The notes under the pieces are model-generated. The model saw only the letters and a list, made by a program, of their open reading frames with translations. It was not told the origin of the DNA and made no database searches. From assembly GCA_002269645.1 (NCBI GenBank), contig NIVC01002116.1, forward strand, positions 13,987 through 77,986: a stretch of DNA of 64,000 nucleotides, given 5' to 3'. Shown one piece after another: positions 38,894 to 64,000 of the stretch (positions within the stretch are counted from its first letter, which is position 1; the number at the start of each line of letters is the position of its first letter). Source of the DNA: Macrostomum lignano. Its lineage: Eukaryota. Position numbers and translations under genes: made by a program.

Positions 38894-39282
38894 ATAAAAA
38901 TTTTTGTAGCTGTGTTTTTACAGCTATGTACGAGCGTATTTGCCTTACCTCGTAAAGCTTTCAAACTGTTTGCCGCAAAGAGCAGCTTGTACTCTGAAAT
39001 TCTGCCTTAACTTGGCTCTTTATATCTTGTCTAAAATTCTCAGGCGAATAAAACCTCCCTTATAATTAAGACATAAGAAGCTTAAAACTAGATCAAATAC
39101 TAGTTGTCGACCTGCAGTTAAAAGCGAAATCTGTTAGATTAGGCTTTGACTGGCAAACACACTGCAGACTCTTGCAGCTTTGGCAGAATGGCTTAAGCAT
39201 TAATTGTGTTGCATAAAACTAAAGACTGGCTCTGGACAGATTAGAGTTGTTACATAAAAGGATCTATTAGAAGATTTGCCAG

Positions 39283-39529
39283 CAGTGGCGGCGCAGCACC
39301 TCTGATCTGGGGGGGGGGGGGGGGGCGGTGGTTGGGTGGTCATGGTTACCCCCCCCCCCAGCGAATTTTTAGAATTAGAGCAGCGCATTTTATTACGCTA
39401 AAATCTCACTAAAACGCATATAACGATTTCGCACTAAAAATTATGGTCGGTCACGCCACGGAGGGGGGTAGGAGGGTGGTCACCCGGGGGCAGCAGCCCC
39501 CTCTGCCCCCGCCTGCGCCGCCGCCACTG
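39283..39529. mobile_element. hAT-like MITE, 247 bp
   Basis: TIR CAGTGGCGGCG ... CGCCGCCACTG. TSD TTTGCCAG (39275-39282) / CTTGCCAG (39530-39537). Internal poly-G and poly-C runs. Confidence 0.85.
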
Positions 39530-40789
39530 CTTGCCAGTTTATATCATAGCTTTCATAGTATCTTGTTAATTTCACTGTTCCATTTCCACTAGGAATATAT
39601 TTTCTGTTTGTAAGTATTCTTTCTATCACGTAAGCATCCAGGGGACGAGTTAAACTCCCTTCAATGGAGTCCCCATGGCGCGCATAAATTACTTCCAGTA
39701 GCTAGTATCGCACATATCTGGTAGAATTGGATTTTAATTAACAAATATCGAAAATAAATCATTAAAACACAAGAATCGATTTCCAATTTACGATCCTGAT
39801 AACTTAAAAGTAAAATTTTTCGATAACAGAAAAATGGACTGTAATATTAATAATAAATAAATAAATATAATTGTAACCGAAGCGCTATATAGTTGCAGAA
39901 TAGTGACATTATTATAATATATGACCATAGGAATGTGAAATACGTGTAAAAGGGACTAGGAGAGCTTTGCAGATTATTTTAAAATAAAAGCGCTCATGTT
40001 AAAAATAACAGTTTAAAATTGGTTCTAAGATAAGACAAACTGGAGTTAATTTGCGGTGTGTGTAAAACTGCTAGCGAAATTATTATGCGAGAACTGGAAA
40101 AGCACAAGAATGGAACAGTAAATGATGTTAGCCTCGGGCAGAGCAATAAAACTGATAAAAGTTCTCATTGTACTACTAGTAATTATCGATAGTAAAATAT
40201 AAAACTAGAATTGTGATTGCGGCCCACAAGACTGAGATATCTTGTTTGTCTAGCGAGTTGAGGAAAGTTAGGATTTACAAAAAAGGGTCCGAAGTGTTGT
40301 TAATAAGCACTGATTGCTGGCGCAAGAAAATTAATTAATAAAAGGTGCTCTAATAAATATATAATTATCCGTACAAAAGGCAAATTTACAAATACAGAGT
40401 CGTTGCAAATTTATAATGTAAAGGCAGTATATAATTAAAATGTGGTTTGCGTAGCTGCATTAAACTCGCATTGTTGCTTTCATCTCGTTGCTCAGGTAAA
40501 TAAAAACAGTATGATTAGTAACGCTAAATATTTAAACGGGATGGCGTACTGTTGTTACTCTTTCTAACGCGGTCCAAGCCGATTTAGTAAAAAATGCGAT
40601 TCCTTAAGCTGCGGATTGAAAATAAAAAACAAAGGAAAAGAGTGAAAATTAGGAAAATTACAACAGATAGCGGGACTAATAGCTGTTTCAGTGTGTACTT
40701 TTGCTATTGGATTATTCTGACTCATGACATTCAACCATTGAATTGAAATACATGACCTCGGATGACCTCGAGTTCACAGTTTCCATAAG

Positions 40790-41040
40790 TAGATATCTAA
40801 CATATCAGCAGATATCTACCATCAACAGATATCCATCATCAGCAGATGAATATCTACCATCAGCAGCTAAATATCTACCATCAGCAGATATCCATCATCA
40901 CCAGATGAATATCTACCATCAGCAGATATCTACCATCAGAAAATAAATATCTAACGCTAGCAGATATCTAACATATCAGCAGAAATCTAACATATCAGCA
41001 GATTTCTAAACATATATCTACCATCAGCAGATGAATATCT
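40790..41040. repeat. Degenerate array of about 17-bp units CATCAGCAGATATCTAC
   Basis: Direct reading. Confidence 0.8.
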
Positions 41041-41461
41041 ACTATAACCACCACAAATACGTATAAATATTTGCCAGCAGTAGAAATAAGCACGAATTAA
41101 TCGATAAGAAATGAAAACGCAATAAAAAAGACGGGATCAAGAGGGGTCGAGTGAATCATGGTGTCCATCATAGACTGACTCATGTCTATGGGGTCTATCG
41201 AGGGGTCTACAAACAACTCATATAGGAAATATAGTAAAAACTATTACTAGCTAATACAATTCAGTCGATTCAAAGGAACAAGCATTAATATACCTAGCAG
41301 TTCTGTACGAATTTCCAGTATATTCTTACATATATATATATATGCATATCGCCAACAATATGGTCAATATTTAACGAATAATTCAATGCTAGCCAACAAT
41401 CGTTTAATCCACTGTTCGAAGTAGGTCAGGAGTACTTATCCGGCAACAGGTGCGACTCTTG

Positions 41462-52027
<10,566 letters not shown>

Positions 52028-54411
52028 TATTCATAGATAATTAAAATTCATATATAGAAAAATTTAGTTAAGAGAGTGACACATAGTCAAGTAAGAAAGA
52101 ACAAATGCAAGTCTATAATCAAGATTCACTACGAAAAGATAGTCTAGGTAGATTAACTGTGTCTGTGTGGTCTGTTGAGAGATTGGTTTCATAGAAATAT
52201 TCTTCAAGCAAAAACGATAACTGAAAAAGTTTTACGAGGTTATAACGACATTTTTGGCCATTATATTTTAGCGTTCCCTTTTGCTGATATAAATGAAATA
52301 GTGAGATTTTAAGAAAACATATAAGATAATTTTATTTATTGATATATATATAATATCAATAAAAGCAACTATGCTGTTGCCTGTTGCACACAGGCTACGC
52401 TACATTGTGTTTCATTAAATGCATTAGAATGAAAGCAGTGTTTGAAATTATTATTTCTTTCACTACTTCAGATTCTGCTATTGTGTGGTTAATTAATTGA
52501 TTTTGTGTAAATTTAGCTAGTCTTGGATCAATTCTGAGTTATCTAAGTGTAATTCTATAATTCTAAGTGTCTATTAAACCTGTGATTCCATTTCAAAAAG
52601 CATTGAATTGAAGCATTTTACCCAAAATAAGAATTCGGTCTAGCTTTCGATCTTTTCAGTCTAGCTACATGAAACAGTACTGTGCTTAGTGCTTACACCG
52701 TCAAATAGCTAGATAATGCCTATCGGCTATCACACAATGAAGCCGAAGGAAAAGTAGTGATGAAGTTATATTTATAACACTTCGCATCCGAGGGCCGGTA
52801 TGCATGGGCTTGACTGCGAAAAAATATAAGTCTCCTGTCCAGATTGGAGAAGAACTGCAAGATTCCTAGCTTTAAGTATTATTTTCGAATTGCTTCTGGA
52901 AAGGAAAGCTCAGCTTTTGCATATGAATCAGCTGCGGTAGCGGTAGTTAGCCTTAGCCTTAAAAGCCCTAAACAGTAATAATTTGAACTATAGGCCTAGG
53001 CCTAGGGCCTAAGTATAGCAATTAATTATTCGCCAGAATCTTGGTGAATGGTGATGCAGTTTGTAGGTTGATTATACGAGAGGGCTAACTGGGCCTAACC
53101 CAAAAGTAAGTTTTGCTTTAGCCCACTAGGAATTAGTGGCTCCTACCTCCTATCATTTCTAGTCTAAGAGTTCTAGGCCTATATAGTCATAGACTAGACT
53201 AAATCAAGGACTGCTCAACTGGAGGACTACTAGTAATGTCAATACTTGAGTAGTCCTTGGACTACATGCTTATGACTATGTCTACAAATGTAGCCAATGG
53301 CAATTCCTTTGATTTGAATATTATGGCTTATGCATAACCCCAAAAAAAATTGAATATTGACAAGCTAAAATGTTCTAAAAGATTAATTAAAGATTACACT
53401 TTTACTATTAAAAAGCTGATGCTTACTATTAAAATTTTTGCATGTTTTTATTGGCTATTTTTTAGTGACCATATATACTAATTTTTAAACTGAGGCCTAG
53501 GGTAGTTATACTAGAATTAGATTTAAGATATCAAAATTCTTATAGGCCCTATATCTATCTATAAGCTATAGCTCTAATGCCATATTGCCATAGAAACCAT
53601 ATTTTTTAAAATTTCCTTTAATTTTTTGCTTTTTTTTATCATTTTTAAGGTAAAACATTATCCCCATAGCCCTTAAACATTATCCTGGCTATGTTACTTA
53701 GTTACTAGATATTAGATAGAAGCTTAACTACTAATATTAGTATTAATATTTTGAAATTAGCCAATTTTTAGATGTTTATTTAATAAAAAAAAGTCTTTTT
53801 TTCTTTACTGACAATAAATTTTGTTATTAATGATAGTTGCTCTAACTTTTCAAAGTTATTAAGTAAAATATAGTGCCTAGCACCAATGATAAAAAATTAA
53901 TAAATCAATTTTTTTCTCAAAAGTATTTTAGATAAAAATATAATTTTTATAGCTTTATGATGGCTTCAATTATCTAGACAATAGTTATAAACATTAAGCC
54001 TCTTAAGGAAAAAAAATTATGTTATTTATGGCATTGATTGTTATATTATAATATTGCCAAATCTATATTAATAAAGTTGTATAAAGCATCAACCTGACAC
54101 TTAAATGAGATTGAAAACTTGGGGATTAGGCAAAATTGAGGTCCTTTTTGTTAAAATCCTGGGACTTTAAGGTAATTTTAGAGTTGGATCAACTATTAAA
54201 AATCCCTATCTTCTACTCTAGCTATCTTATATATAAGCATGCATTTTTGTAACTATAATTGTTGATTGGATCCTAAGATTTTAGGACTGGGATTATATCC
54301 TACCTCCATTGTTTTAGTCCTAATTTTAGATGTTTAATAAGATCTGGGTCTTGTCTTAGCATGATGTATTGCATCCTACCAGACCTACCTTGCTGATTTG
54401 CATGTACCAGC

Positions 54412-57400
54412 ATGGAGATGGAAGGTGCTAACCAGCAGCTGCTGCAGGCTGAGCAGCAGGCAGTTGCTGATTCTCAGCAGCCACCATCTCTGTTGCTTCA
54501 GCAGCAGCAGCCTCTGGTTCTTGGTGGCCTAGGGTCCCGCAGGAAGCGTTGGCCCGAGACTAGTAGGGCACCAAGCGCTGGCGGAGTCTCACCATTGTCA
54601 ACAAGCGGCGGCTGTGGTGGTGCAGCCACATCATCAGAAAAGTGCTTCAAAGCTGGCCAAGAGAGTCGCATGGTGTCGGCCGCTGGCTATCCGGCCAAGC
54701 TGCTGTCCCAGCTCAACCTGCTCAGGCTATGCTCAGACTACTGCGACCTGACCCTCAGCGCTGGCGGGGTCCAGTTTCCCGTGCATAAAAACGTGCTGGT
54801 GGCTAGCAGCGACTATTTCAGGGCCGCATTCAGTTCAGGCATGCGCGAAGCCGGAGCCTCTTGCCTGGAGCTTAAAGGCGTCACCGCCGAGGGCCTGCAG
54901 GCTGTGCTGGAGTTCGTGTACACCGGCTCGTTGGCTCTATCAGTTGATCGGGCTGAGGATATTCTCAATACGGCGTCGCATCTTCAGGTGTGCTTTATAA
55001 TTAATTGTCCAGTTTCCAGCCTTTAGGTTCAAAGTGGTTGCATATCAGTTTCGAATTCCCAGATAATGGCGATTCGAAACCTTTGCATCGCATTCAGTTG
55101 CAGAATGCGAAGTTCCAGTTGCAGAATCCAAAATCCCAGTTGCAGAATCCAAAATCCCTGTTGCAGAATCCAAAATCCCAGTTGCAGAATTCAAAATCCC
55201 AGTTGCAGAATTCAAAATCCCAGTTGCAGAATTCAAAATCTCTGTTGCAGAATCCAAAATCCCAGTTGCAGAATCTAAAATCTCAAAAACCCCAGTTGCA
55301 GAATGCAAAATCCCAGTTGCAGAATCTAAATTCTAAAAAACCCCAGTTGCAGAATCCAAAATCCCTGTTGCAGAATCCAAAATCTCAAAAACCCCAGTTG
55401 CAGAATGCAAAATCCCTGTTGCAGAATCCAAAATCCCTGTTGCAGAATCCAAAATCCCAGTTGCAGAATCCAAAATCCCTGTTGCAGAATTCAAAATCCC
55501 TGTTGCAGAATCCAAAATCCCAGTTGCAGAATCCAAAATCCCTGTTGCAGAATTCAAAATCCCAGTTGCAGAATCCAAAATCCCAGTTGCAGAATCCAAA
55601 ATCCCTGTTGCAGAATTCAAAATCTCAAAAACCCCAGTTGCAGAATGCAAAATCCCTGTTGCAGAATCCAAAATCCCTGTTGCAGAATCCAAAATCTCAA
55701 AAACCCCAAAATCTCAACCTCAGTTGCAGATTAAGTCTTCCATACATTTCATATCTTAACTTTCATATATCATATACTTATTGTTTTTTTGCAATCCAGA
55801 TCAGCGAGGCAGTGCAGCTCTGCATTCGCTTTCTTCAGCTGGCCCTGTCCCTTGATAACTGCGTAGAACTGCTCAACCTCAGTGAGCTCTACTGCCTCGA
55901 CGAGTTCGGCTCAAATGTTCGTACCTTTCTGTTGGAGAACTTTGAGGATCTGTGCCGATGCGGCGCCTTGCAGCGTCTGACCGCCGCTCAGCTATCCGAC
56001 CTGCTGGGCGACAATCGGCTTCGCGTTGCTGGCGAGTACCTGGTGTTCTTCGCTGTGGTGCAGTGGCTGGAGCACGAGCCCGACTCCAGGCTGCCTGCGG
56101 TTGGCGACTTAATTGATCAGGTGAGTTGACCGGCTTTTAATATTGCGCTGTTTCATTAGAGGATGGACTTTAATCTTCAATCTTCATTAGAGGATGGATC
56201 ATCTTCATTAGAGGATGGACTATCTTCATTAGAGGATGGACTATCTTCATTAGAGGATGGACTATCTTCATTAGAGGATGGACTATCTTCATTACAGGAT
56301 GGACTATCTTCATTAGAGGATGGATCATCTTCATTAGAGGATGGATCATCTTCATTAGAGGATGGACTATCTTCATTATATGATGGACTATCTTCATTAG
56401 AGGATGGACTATCTTCATTAGAGGATGGACTATCTTCATTAGAGGATGGACTATCTTCATTAGAGGATGGACTATCTTCATTATATGATGGACTATCTTC
56501 ATTAGAGGATGGACTATCTTCATTAGAGGATGGACTATCTTCATTAGAGGATGGACTATCTTCATTAGAGGATGGACTATCTTCATTAGAGGATGGACTA
56601 TCTTCATTAGAGGATGGACTATCTTCATTAGAGGATGGATCATCTTCATTAGAGGATGTACTATCTTCATTATATGATGGACTATCTTCATTAGAGGATG
56701 GACTATCTTCATTAGAGGATGGACTATCTTCATTTGAGGATGGACTATCTTCATTAGAGGATGGACTATCTTCATTAGAGGATGGACTATCTTCATTATA
56801 TGATGGACTATCTTCATTAGAGGATGGACTATCTTCATTAGAGGATGGACTATCTTCATTAGAGGATGGACTATCTTCATTAGAGGATGGATCATCTTCA
56901 TTAGAGGATGGACTATCTTCATTAGAGGATGGACTATCTTCATTAGAGGATGGACTATCTTCATTAGAGGATGGACTATCTTCATTAGAGGATGGACTAT
57001 CTTCATTAGAGGATGGATCATCTTCATTAGAGGATGGATCATCTTCATTAGAGGATGGACTATCTTCATTATATGATGGACTATCTTCATTAGAGGATGG
57101 ACTATCTTCATTAGAGGATGGACTATCTTCATTAGAGGATGGACTATCTTCATTATATGATGGACTATCTTCATTATATGATGGACTATCTTCATTAGAG
57201 GATGGACTATCTTCATTAGAGGATGGACTATCTTCATTAGAGGATGGACTATCTTCATTAGAGGATGGACTATCTTCATTAGAGGATGGATCATCTTCAT
57301 TAGAGGATGTACTATCTTCATTATATGATGGACTATCTTCATTAGAGGATGGACTATCTTCATTAGAGGATGGACTATCTTCATTTGAGGATGGACTATC

Positions 57401-60233
57401 TTCATTAGAGGATGGACTATCTTCATTAGAGGATGGACTATCTTCATTATATGATGGACTATCTTCATTAGAGGATGGACTATCTTCATTAGAGGATGGA
57501 CTATCTTCATTAGAGGATGGACTATCTTCATTAGAGGATGGACTATCTTCATTAGAGGATGGACTATCTTTATTAGAGGATGGACTATCTTCATTAGAGG
57601 ATGGACTATCTTCATTAGAGGATGGATCATCTTCATTAGAGGATGGACTATCTTCATTATATGATGGACTATCTTCATTATATGATGGACTATCTTCATT
57701 ATATGATGGACTATCTTCATTAGAGGATAGACTATCTTCATTAGAGGATAGACTATCTTCATTAGAAGATAGACTATCTTCATTAGAGGATGGGGTATCT
57801 TCATTAAAAGATGTAGATTTTCAAAAACTCAACCCCTTGGTTGAACAGAAGGAGAAATCAATCATAGGCTTTATCATCGCATTCCCAAGTGTTGAAACCC
57901 CAACTCCCAGGTCCGCCTGCCGTTGCTAAGCGGCGAACACCTGGTTGAAAAAGTGAGCTGCATCGGTTTCATGCGCGACGTGCCAGCCTGCTCGGACCGG
58001 CTGACGGAGGCCAAGGACTACCACCTGGTGGTGAACAAGCAGCCGGTCATGCAGACGCCGCGCACCCGGGTCCGCAACCATCAGCGCAGTGTTGTCATGT
58101 GTCACGCCGAAAATCTTGAAGCCTTTAACTTGGCCACTAAGCGGCACGCGTTTTTAAAAGACTGCGCCGTTCCTCTCTATAATCCGTGCATCTGCGAGTT
58201 GGCGAATTTTCTGTACGCCTGCGGCGGCCGCTACGACGGCAACGAGGCCTCCGAAATGGCGTCCGCTCGCTGCTTTCGCTACGATCCCAGATTCGACGCC
58301 TGGCACGAGCTGGTGCCTATGAACGAGGCGCGAAAGGATTTCGCACTGGTGGCCACCGGCAACTCCTGCCTGATGGCTATTGGCGGCCAGGACGAGAACA
58401 TGGTGATGTGCACCGTTGAGCGGCTCTGCATCGCTACTGGCGAATGGCGATTCTTGCCGTCGCTGCAGCACGCCGTCTACTGCCATGCTGCCGCCGTCTG
58501 CGACTCCAGGTATAGTTTTCAACTAGCAATCAGCTTCAGCAGATGGGGAAGGATTGGAAAGGGAAGATAGAAGGGGGGAGGAAGAAAGATTAGGGGAGAG
58601 GGGAGGAATGGGAGATAGGGGAGAGTGGAGGAAGGAAGATAGAAGAGGGAAGGAAGGAAGGAAGATAGGAGAGGGAAGGAAGGTAGATATGGGAGGGGAG
58701 GAAGGATGGAGAGGGAAGGAAGGAAGGAAGATAGGAGAGGGAGGGAAGGAAGGAAGATAGGAGAGGAAAGGAAGGAAGGAAGATAGGAGAGGGAAGGAAG
58801 GAAGGAAGATAGGAGAGGGAAGGAAGGAAGATAGGAGAGGGAAGGAAGGAAGAAAGATAGGAGAGGGAAGGAAGGAAGGAAGATAGGAGAGGGAAGGAAG
58901 GAAGGAAGATAGGAGAGGGAAGGAAGGAAGATAGGAGAGGGAAGGAAGGAAGGAAGATAGGAGAGGGAAGGAAGGAAGATAGGAGAGGGAAGGAAGGAAG
59001 GAAGATAGGAGAGGGAAGGAAGGAAGGAAGATAGGAGAGGGAAGGAAGGAAGATAGGAGAGGGAAGGAAGGAAGGAAGGAAGATAGGAGAGGGAAGGAAG
59101 GAAGATATGGGAGGGGAGGAAGGATGGAGAGGGAAGGAAGGAAGATAGGAGAGGGAAGGAAGGAAGATAGGAGAGGGAAGGAAGGAAGGAAGATAGGAGA
59201 AGGAAGGAAGGAAGATATGGGAGGGGAGGAAGAAAGGAAGATAGGAGAGGGAAGGAAGGAAGGAAGATAGGAGAGGGAAGGAAGGAAGGAAGATAGGAGA
59301 AGGAAGGAAGGAAGATATGGGAGGGGAGGAAGAAAGGAAGATAGGAGAGGGAAGGAAGGAAGGAAGATAGGAGAGGGAAGGAAGGAAGGAAGATAGGAGA
59401 GGGAAGGAAGGAAGGAAGATAGGAGAGGGAAGGAAGAAAGGAAGATAGGAGAGGGAAGGAAGGAAGATATGGGAGGGAAGGAAGGAAGGAAGATAGGAGA
59501 CGGAAGGAAGGAAGGAGGGAAGATAGGAGAGGGAAGGAAGGATGGATGAGGGAAGGAAGGAAGATAGGAGAGGGGCGGACGCGGAAGGAAGATAGGAGAG
59601 GGAGGCAGGAGGGAAGGTAGGTAAGGAAATATTATAGTGGCTAATAGTAAAGGAGGTGCAGCAGGTTTTACTTTATAAAAAATCGCTCTATCCTGAGAGC
59701 GAGGTAGAGGGCGTTATCACATCTCTTCAGTGTTGCATTTTCTAACTGGTGAAGTAACTCTGCTTTACCAACTCGCTGCTAGGGTGTTCGTATCCGGCGG
59801 CCAGAGATACGACGGCTATTGCGACAGTCTGATCTGCTACGAGCCGGACTCCGAGCTGTGGGCCTCGCGAGCTGCCATGCTGAACAAGCGCGGCAATCAC
59901 ATAATGGAGTGCGTTGGCTCTCGTCTGTTTGTCCTTGGCGGCAATGTTGAAGACATCTACGGCTTCCCTGTGCCTGTGACGCCTATCGAGTCTTACAATT
60001 CCATAGCCGATCAGTGGACTCTGCTCCGCTGCTCCATCACTATTCGGGAGGCTGGCAGCTGCGTGTTGGACAGCAGAATCTACATAGCTGGCGGGCTGGA
60101 TGGGGAGAACTATTACAGCCATTCTCTGCAGGTATACGACACCCAGAAGGACGAGGTGCAACTGGTTGAAAGGTTCCCTACTAGGATTTATGGTCGAGTG
60201 TGCTGCCTCATGACTCTGCCGCAGGGTTTGTGA
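54412..60233 (+). CDS. BTB-BACK-Kelch protein (KLHL9/13/22/26/36-like group), 4 exons, about 648 aa
   Basis: Exons 54412-54987, 55800-56120, 57911-58509 and 59783-60233 splice in phase. BTB (CDLTL...FPVHKNVLVASSDYFRAAFS..MRE), BACK (LDNC..VRLPLLS) and Kelch repeats (NFLYACGG..RYDPRFDAW, HAAAV..RVFVSGG, IYIAGG). The N-terminal Q-rich extension is less certain. Confidence 0.93.
55095..55730. repeat. Intronic minisatellite, 21-bp unit GTTGCAGAATCCAAAATCCC(A/T) (KLHL intron 1)
   Basis: Direct reading. Confidence 0.95.
56155..57812. repeat. Intronic minisatellite, 21-bp unit TCTTCATTAGAGGATGGACTA, about 79 copies (KLHL intron 2)
   Basis: Direct reading. Confidence 0.97.
58545..59625. repeat. Polypurine array (GGAAGGAAGATAGGAGAG-type) in KLHL intron 3
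   Basis: Direct reading. Confidence 0.95.
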
Positions 60234-60785
60234 CTTGAATCGGGAACGGGGGCATACAACAAGGTCTTTCTCGAGTTTTGTGCGTTGAAGAATAACTCGA
60301 TTGTAGAAGCATTTTAAATGTGATTTTTAGGAGTTAGATCACACTGACTCGACCCCGTGGCTATGAATGGCAGAAAGAAGCGCTCGCCCGAATGCATTGA
60401 GTTCATTTCGAACCAAGCTGACAAAAATAATATTTATTAACGTATTTTTAAACCGTTGTCTTTGACTCTGTGTTTGTACAGGAAATTGTATTATTTAATT
60501 GTGCATGCTTGTTTAAATCTTTTGCTTTGTTAATTTAACCCTTTGCTTTTCAGGCTCTGGCTTTCTGTGTCTTATAGTTTGTGAAATTGACTAGCTTTGA
60601 CTTTATTAAGATTATTTTATCCTTAATAACAATCCCTTGCAAAATATGGATCCCACGAACCTACAGTTAGAGATAATTTTAAATAAGCATTTAGACTGTA
60701 AATCCAACTATTAATGTGATAAACAAAAAGTGCTAAAATTGTTTGTATTAAAGCTTTCGTCTTTTTAAGTTCGATGGCACCTCTC

Positions 60786-61295
60786 TAATGTACACTGACC
60801 AGCCAGCATTAACTCCCCCGATGTACACTAACCAGCCAACACCAACTCCCCCGATGTACACTGACCAGCCAACACCAACTCCCCCGATGTACACTGACTA
60901 GCCAACACCAACTCCCCCGATGTACACTGACCAGCCAACACCAACCCCCGATGTACACTGACCAGCCAGCATTAACTCCCCCAATGTACACTGACCAGCC
61001 AACACCAACCCCGATGTACACTGACCAGCCAGCATTAACTCCCCCAATGTACACTGAACAGCCAACACCTACTCCCCCGATGTACACTGACCAGCCAACA
61101 CCAACTCCCCCAATGTACACTGAACAGCCAACACCAACTCCCCCAATGTACACTGACCAGCCAACACCAACTCCCCCAATGTACACTGACCAGCCAGCAC
61201 CAACTCCCCCAATGTACACTGACCAACCAGCACCAACTCCCCCGATGTACACTGACCAGCCAACACCAACCCCTCCAATGTACACTGACCAGCCC
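60786..61295. repeat. Minisatellite, about 33-bp unit ATGTACACTGACCAGCCAACACCAACTCCCCC
   Basis: Direct reading. Confidence 0.93.
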
Positions 61296-62039
61296 ATCCC
61301 TACCTCTGTACCAAAATTATAACCCGTATAACATAGCTTTGCATTTCTTAGACTTCACTAGCTTACTGACTAAAAGGTTATTTTCCTTGCACGCCTTTCA
61401 ACTTAGATTTTGTCGTACTTTTATTTACCTAACAATTCGTTAAAACAGTGCTGCGCCTTTTCTGGGCTGCTGTTTACTATCCCTTAAACGCGCACGCCCC
61501 ATCAGTCAGTTATTTATTTGTTTAGATTTTAATTTAATCCATAGAACTATAAAATTGTTTTACCTTGTTTGTGAATAAGGATCCTGTGATATTACCTGAG
61601 CATGATATTCATGACTAGTTTTAATCTTGCATAGGAAATTATTATCTTGATAATGCGCAGTCTTTGCTATAACAGCACTGAGCTGGCGCTTTAATAGGTT
61701 GCACTTTGTGTTTAATGCTAAATCCAATGCTTTATTTACGCTTTCAATATGCTGCATTGCTGAACTAACACCATTTATGTACTCCTGGCCGTTTAAATTT
61801 GCCTGCAGACCTGTTACATGTGACTAAGACAATATACCATATATACTTTGGTTTACTTGTGCTTCTACGAATAATGTGCGGATTTGAGTTCAATAGATTT
61901 GCCTATTTCACATTGATTTACTTTATTGAAGCACCTTCAATAGGCTAAATGTCTACTAAAAAGTAGTAACAAGGGTACTAAAAAGGATTTTTTGTTTGTT
62001 TAGCATCATTGCAATGTACATTTATAACACTCCATAAGC

Positions 62040-62928
62040 CAGCACTCTTTAAACCGAGATTAGCACTCTATAAACCGAGATTAGCACTCTATTAAACCGA
62101 GATTAGCACTCTTTTAACCGAGATTAGCACTTTTTAAACAGAGATTAGCACTCTATAAACCGAGATTAGCACTCTTTATACCGAGATTAGCACTCTATTA
62201 AACCGAGATTAGCACTTTTTAAACAGAGATTAGCACTCTATAAACCGAGATTAGCACTCTTTATACCGAGATTAGCACTCTATTAAACCGAGATTAGCAC
62301 TCTTTTAACCGAGATTAGCACTTTTAAACAGAGATTAGCACTCTATAAACCGAGATTAGCACTCTATAAACCGAGATTAGCACTCTATAACCGAGATTAG
62401 CACTCTTTATACCGAGATTAGCACTCTTTAAACCAAGATTAGCACTCTTTAAACCGAGATTAGCACTCTTTAAACCGAGATTAGCACTCTTTATACCGAG
62501 ATTAGCACTCTATTAAACCGAGATTAGCACTCTTTTAACCGAGATTAGCACTTTTTAAACAGAGATTAGCACTCTATAAACCGAGATTAGCACTCTATAA
62601 ACCGAGATTAGCACTCTATAAACCGAGATTAGCACTCTTTATACCGAGATTAGCACTCTTTAAACCAAGATTAGCACTCTATAAACCGAGATTAGCACTA
62701 AACCGAGATTAGCACTCTATAAACCACTCTTTATACCGAGATTAGCACTCTTTAAACCAAGATTAGCACTCTTTAAACCGAGATTAGCACTATAAACCGA
62801 GATTAGCACTCTTTAAACCAAGATTAGCACTCTTTAAACCGAGATTGGCACTATAAACCGAGATTAGCACTATAAACGAGATTAGCACTCTATAAACCGA
62901 GATTAGCACTCTATAAACCGAGATTAGC
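62040..62928. repeat. Minisatellite, 21-22-bp unit AAACCGAGATTAGCACTCT(TT/AT)
   Basis: Direct reading. Confidence 0.95.
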
Positions 62929-63754
62929 AGTCCATGAGCCGTTAACGCTACGAGTGGATGGTACACAATGAGCCGCGTTCACTGTGTCATGTGGTAGGGA
63001 ACAAGCTATGAAGATAAAGAATTGAAACCTTTTTGACAAGTTCCAATTGTATCTTTAACTCGCCAGCAGACACAGCAGAAGTTTTGACACGTGTGTTAAT
63101 AAAAAACATTGCCTAATTATATAGTTTTTATTTTAGATGAACACGAGCGAAATACCTGGGCGAGTTGTTAAGAATACTATCAATAATTCAGCTGCAGTGT
63201 AGAAGCTGAGAGTGCCAGCATGCACCTTGCACACCAATAGAAAAAGATGCTTAGAAATCTTTGAAACAAAGGAAATTCTGAATCGCTAGAAAGAGAGAAT
63301 CAACAGTGACAAAGGAATAAAGTTAAATACATTCGAGCGGCAGAACTGAATTTGATAGAGAAAAGCCCTGTCAAACCAGACTCCTTAATACTCGTACAAT
63401 CGCAAAATGTAAGTCGTAAAAACCGCCGAGCCAACGCCGTCTGAGCGGTGCTGCCATGGTCGGGGCGTGAAAAATGAGAGAAAATTTAATCGCAAGAGTG
63501 CACAAATAGTAAAATAGTTTTCATTTTTTAAGTGTGAAACGCAGTAAAATACAAAGCAGCAAAGGAATTCCGATTTGTAAGGATAGAAAAGTAATAAGAA
63601 GGACGTAAGAAGTTTGTTGTACTGAGGCAGCAGCAGTTGCCGTCAGAGTGTGGGCAAATGTTTTGACAATGTTTTTACAGGCGCCATATTGGTTTTGTGT
63701 TTTGCTTTTGTTACTGAGCAGTCACAAGTTCCACTCAGCAACCTTCATTCGAAT

Positions 63755-64000
63755 CTCAGATCCCAATTTTGAATCTCAGATCCACATTCCAATCCAGATC
63801 CCCATTTCACTCACTCTCGGATCAGATCCCCATCTGCATCCAGATCCCATTTCAATCTGAAATCCCCATCTGCATCCCAGATCCCATCTGCATCTCAGAT
63901 CCCCATCTGCATCTCAGATCCCATCTGCATCTCAGATCCCCATCTTGCACACTCAGATCCCCACCTGCATCTCAGATCCCCACCCGCATCTCAGATCCCC
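63755..64000. repeat. Minisatellite of about 17-18-bp units CAGATCCC(C)ATCTGCATCT, running off the right edge
   Basis: Direct reading. Confidence 0.85.

Noticed and set aside
34000-41460. Alternative transmembrane (last) exons of syntaxin
   Set aside because: I scanned for phase-0 acceptors followed by basic plus hydrophobic residues and found only 41545-41462.
55005-57929. Long LQNPKS and SSLEDGL repeat ORFs resembling coiled-coil proteins
   Set aside because: 21-bp arrays in KLHL introns 1 and 2. The exon 1 frame stops at 55026 if intron 1 is retained, and the flanking exons splice in phase without them.

Overview
Eukaryotic (animal) genomic DNA, not prokaryotic. GC3-rich coding exons with GT-AG introns sit among about 30 different mini- and microsatellite arrays. 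That style suggests a flatworm such as Macrostomum, but this is inference only. Splicing the exons by hand gives six multi-exon genes and one intronless gene: an ARM-TIR-SAM protein (-, apparent 1-nt frameshift in exon 4), DNAJB12/14 (-), mitochondrial GTPase MTG1 (-), an intronless bZIP factor (+), a three-exon secreted cysteine-knot/prohormone-3-like protein that the ORF track misses (-), syntaxin-1 (-, 9 exons) and a BTB-BACK-Kelch protein (+). Most long ORFs in the supplied track are artefacts of the tandem arrays. Also present: four non-autonomous DNA transposons (MITEs) with 8-bp target-site duplications, two of them inserted inside minisatellites, plus a truncated copy and a degenerate element; a tRNA-Glu-derived SINE family; a cluster of RFX X-box palindromes; and two AT-rich, TAGGCCTA-enriched blocks at or between divergent gene pairs. 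Array boundaries are approximate. Exon boundaries were read from splice sites and phase continuity.
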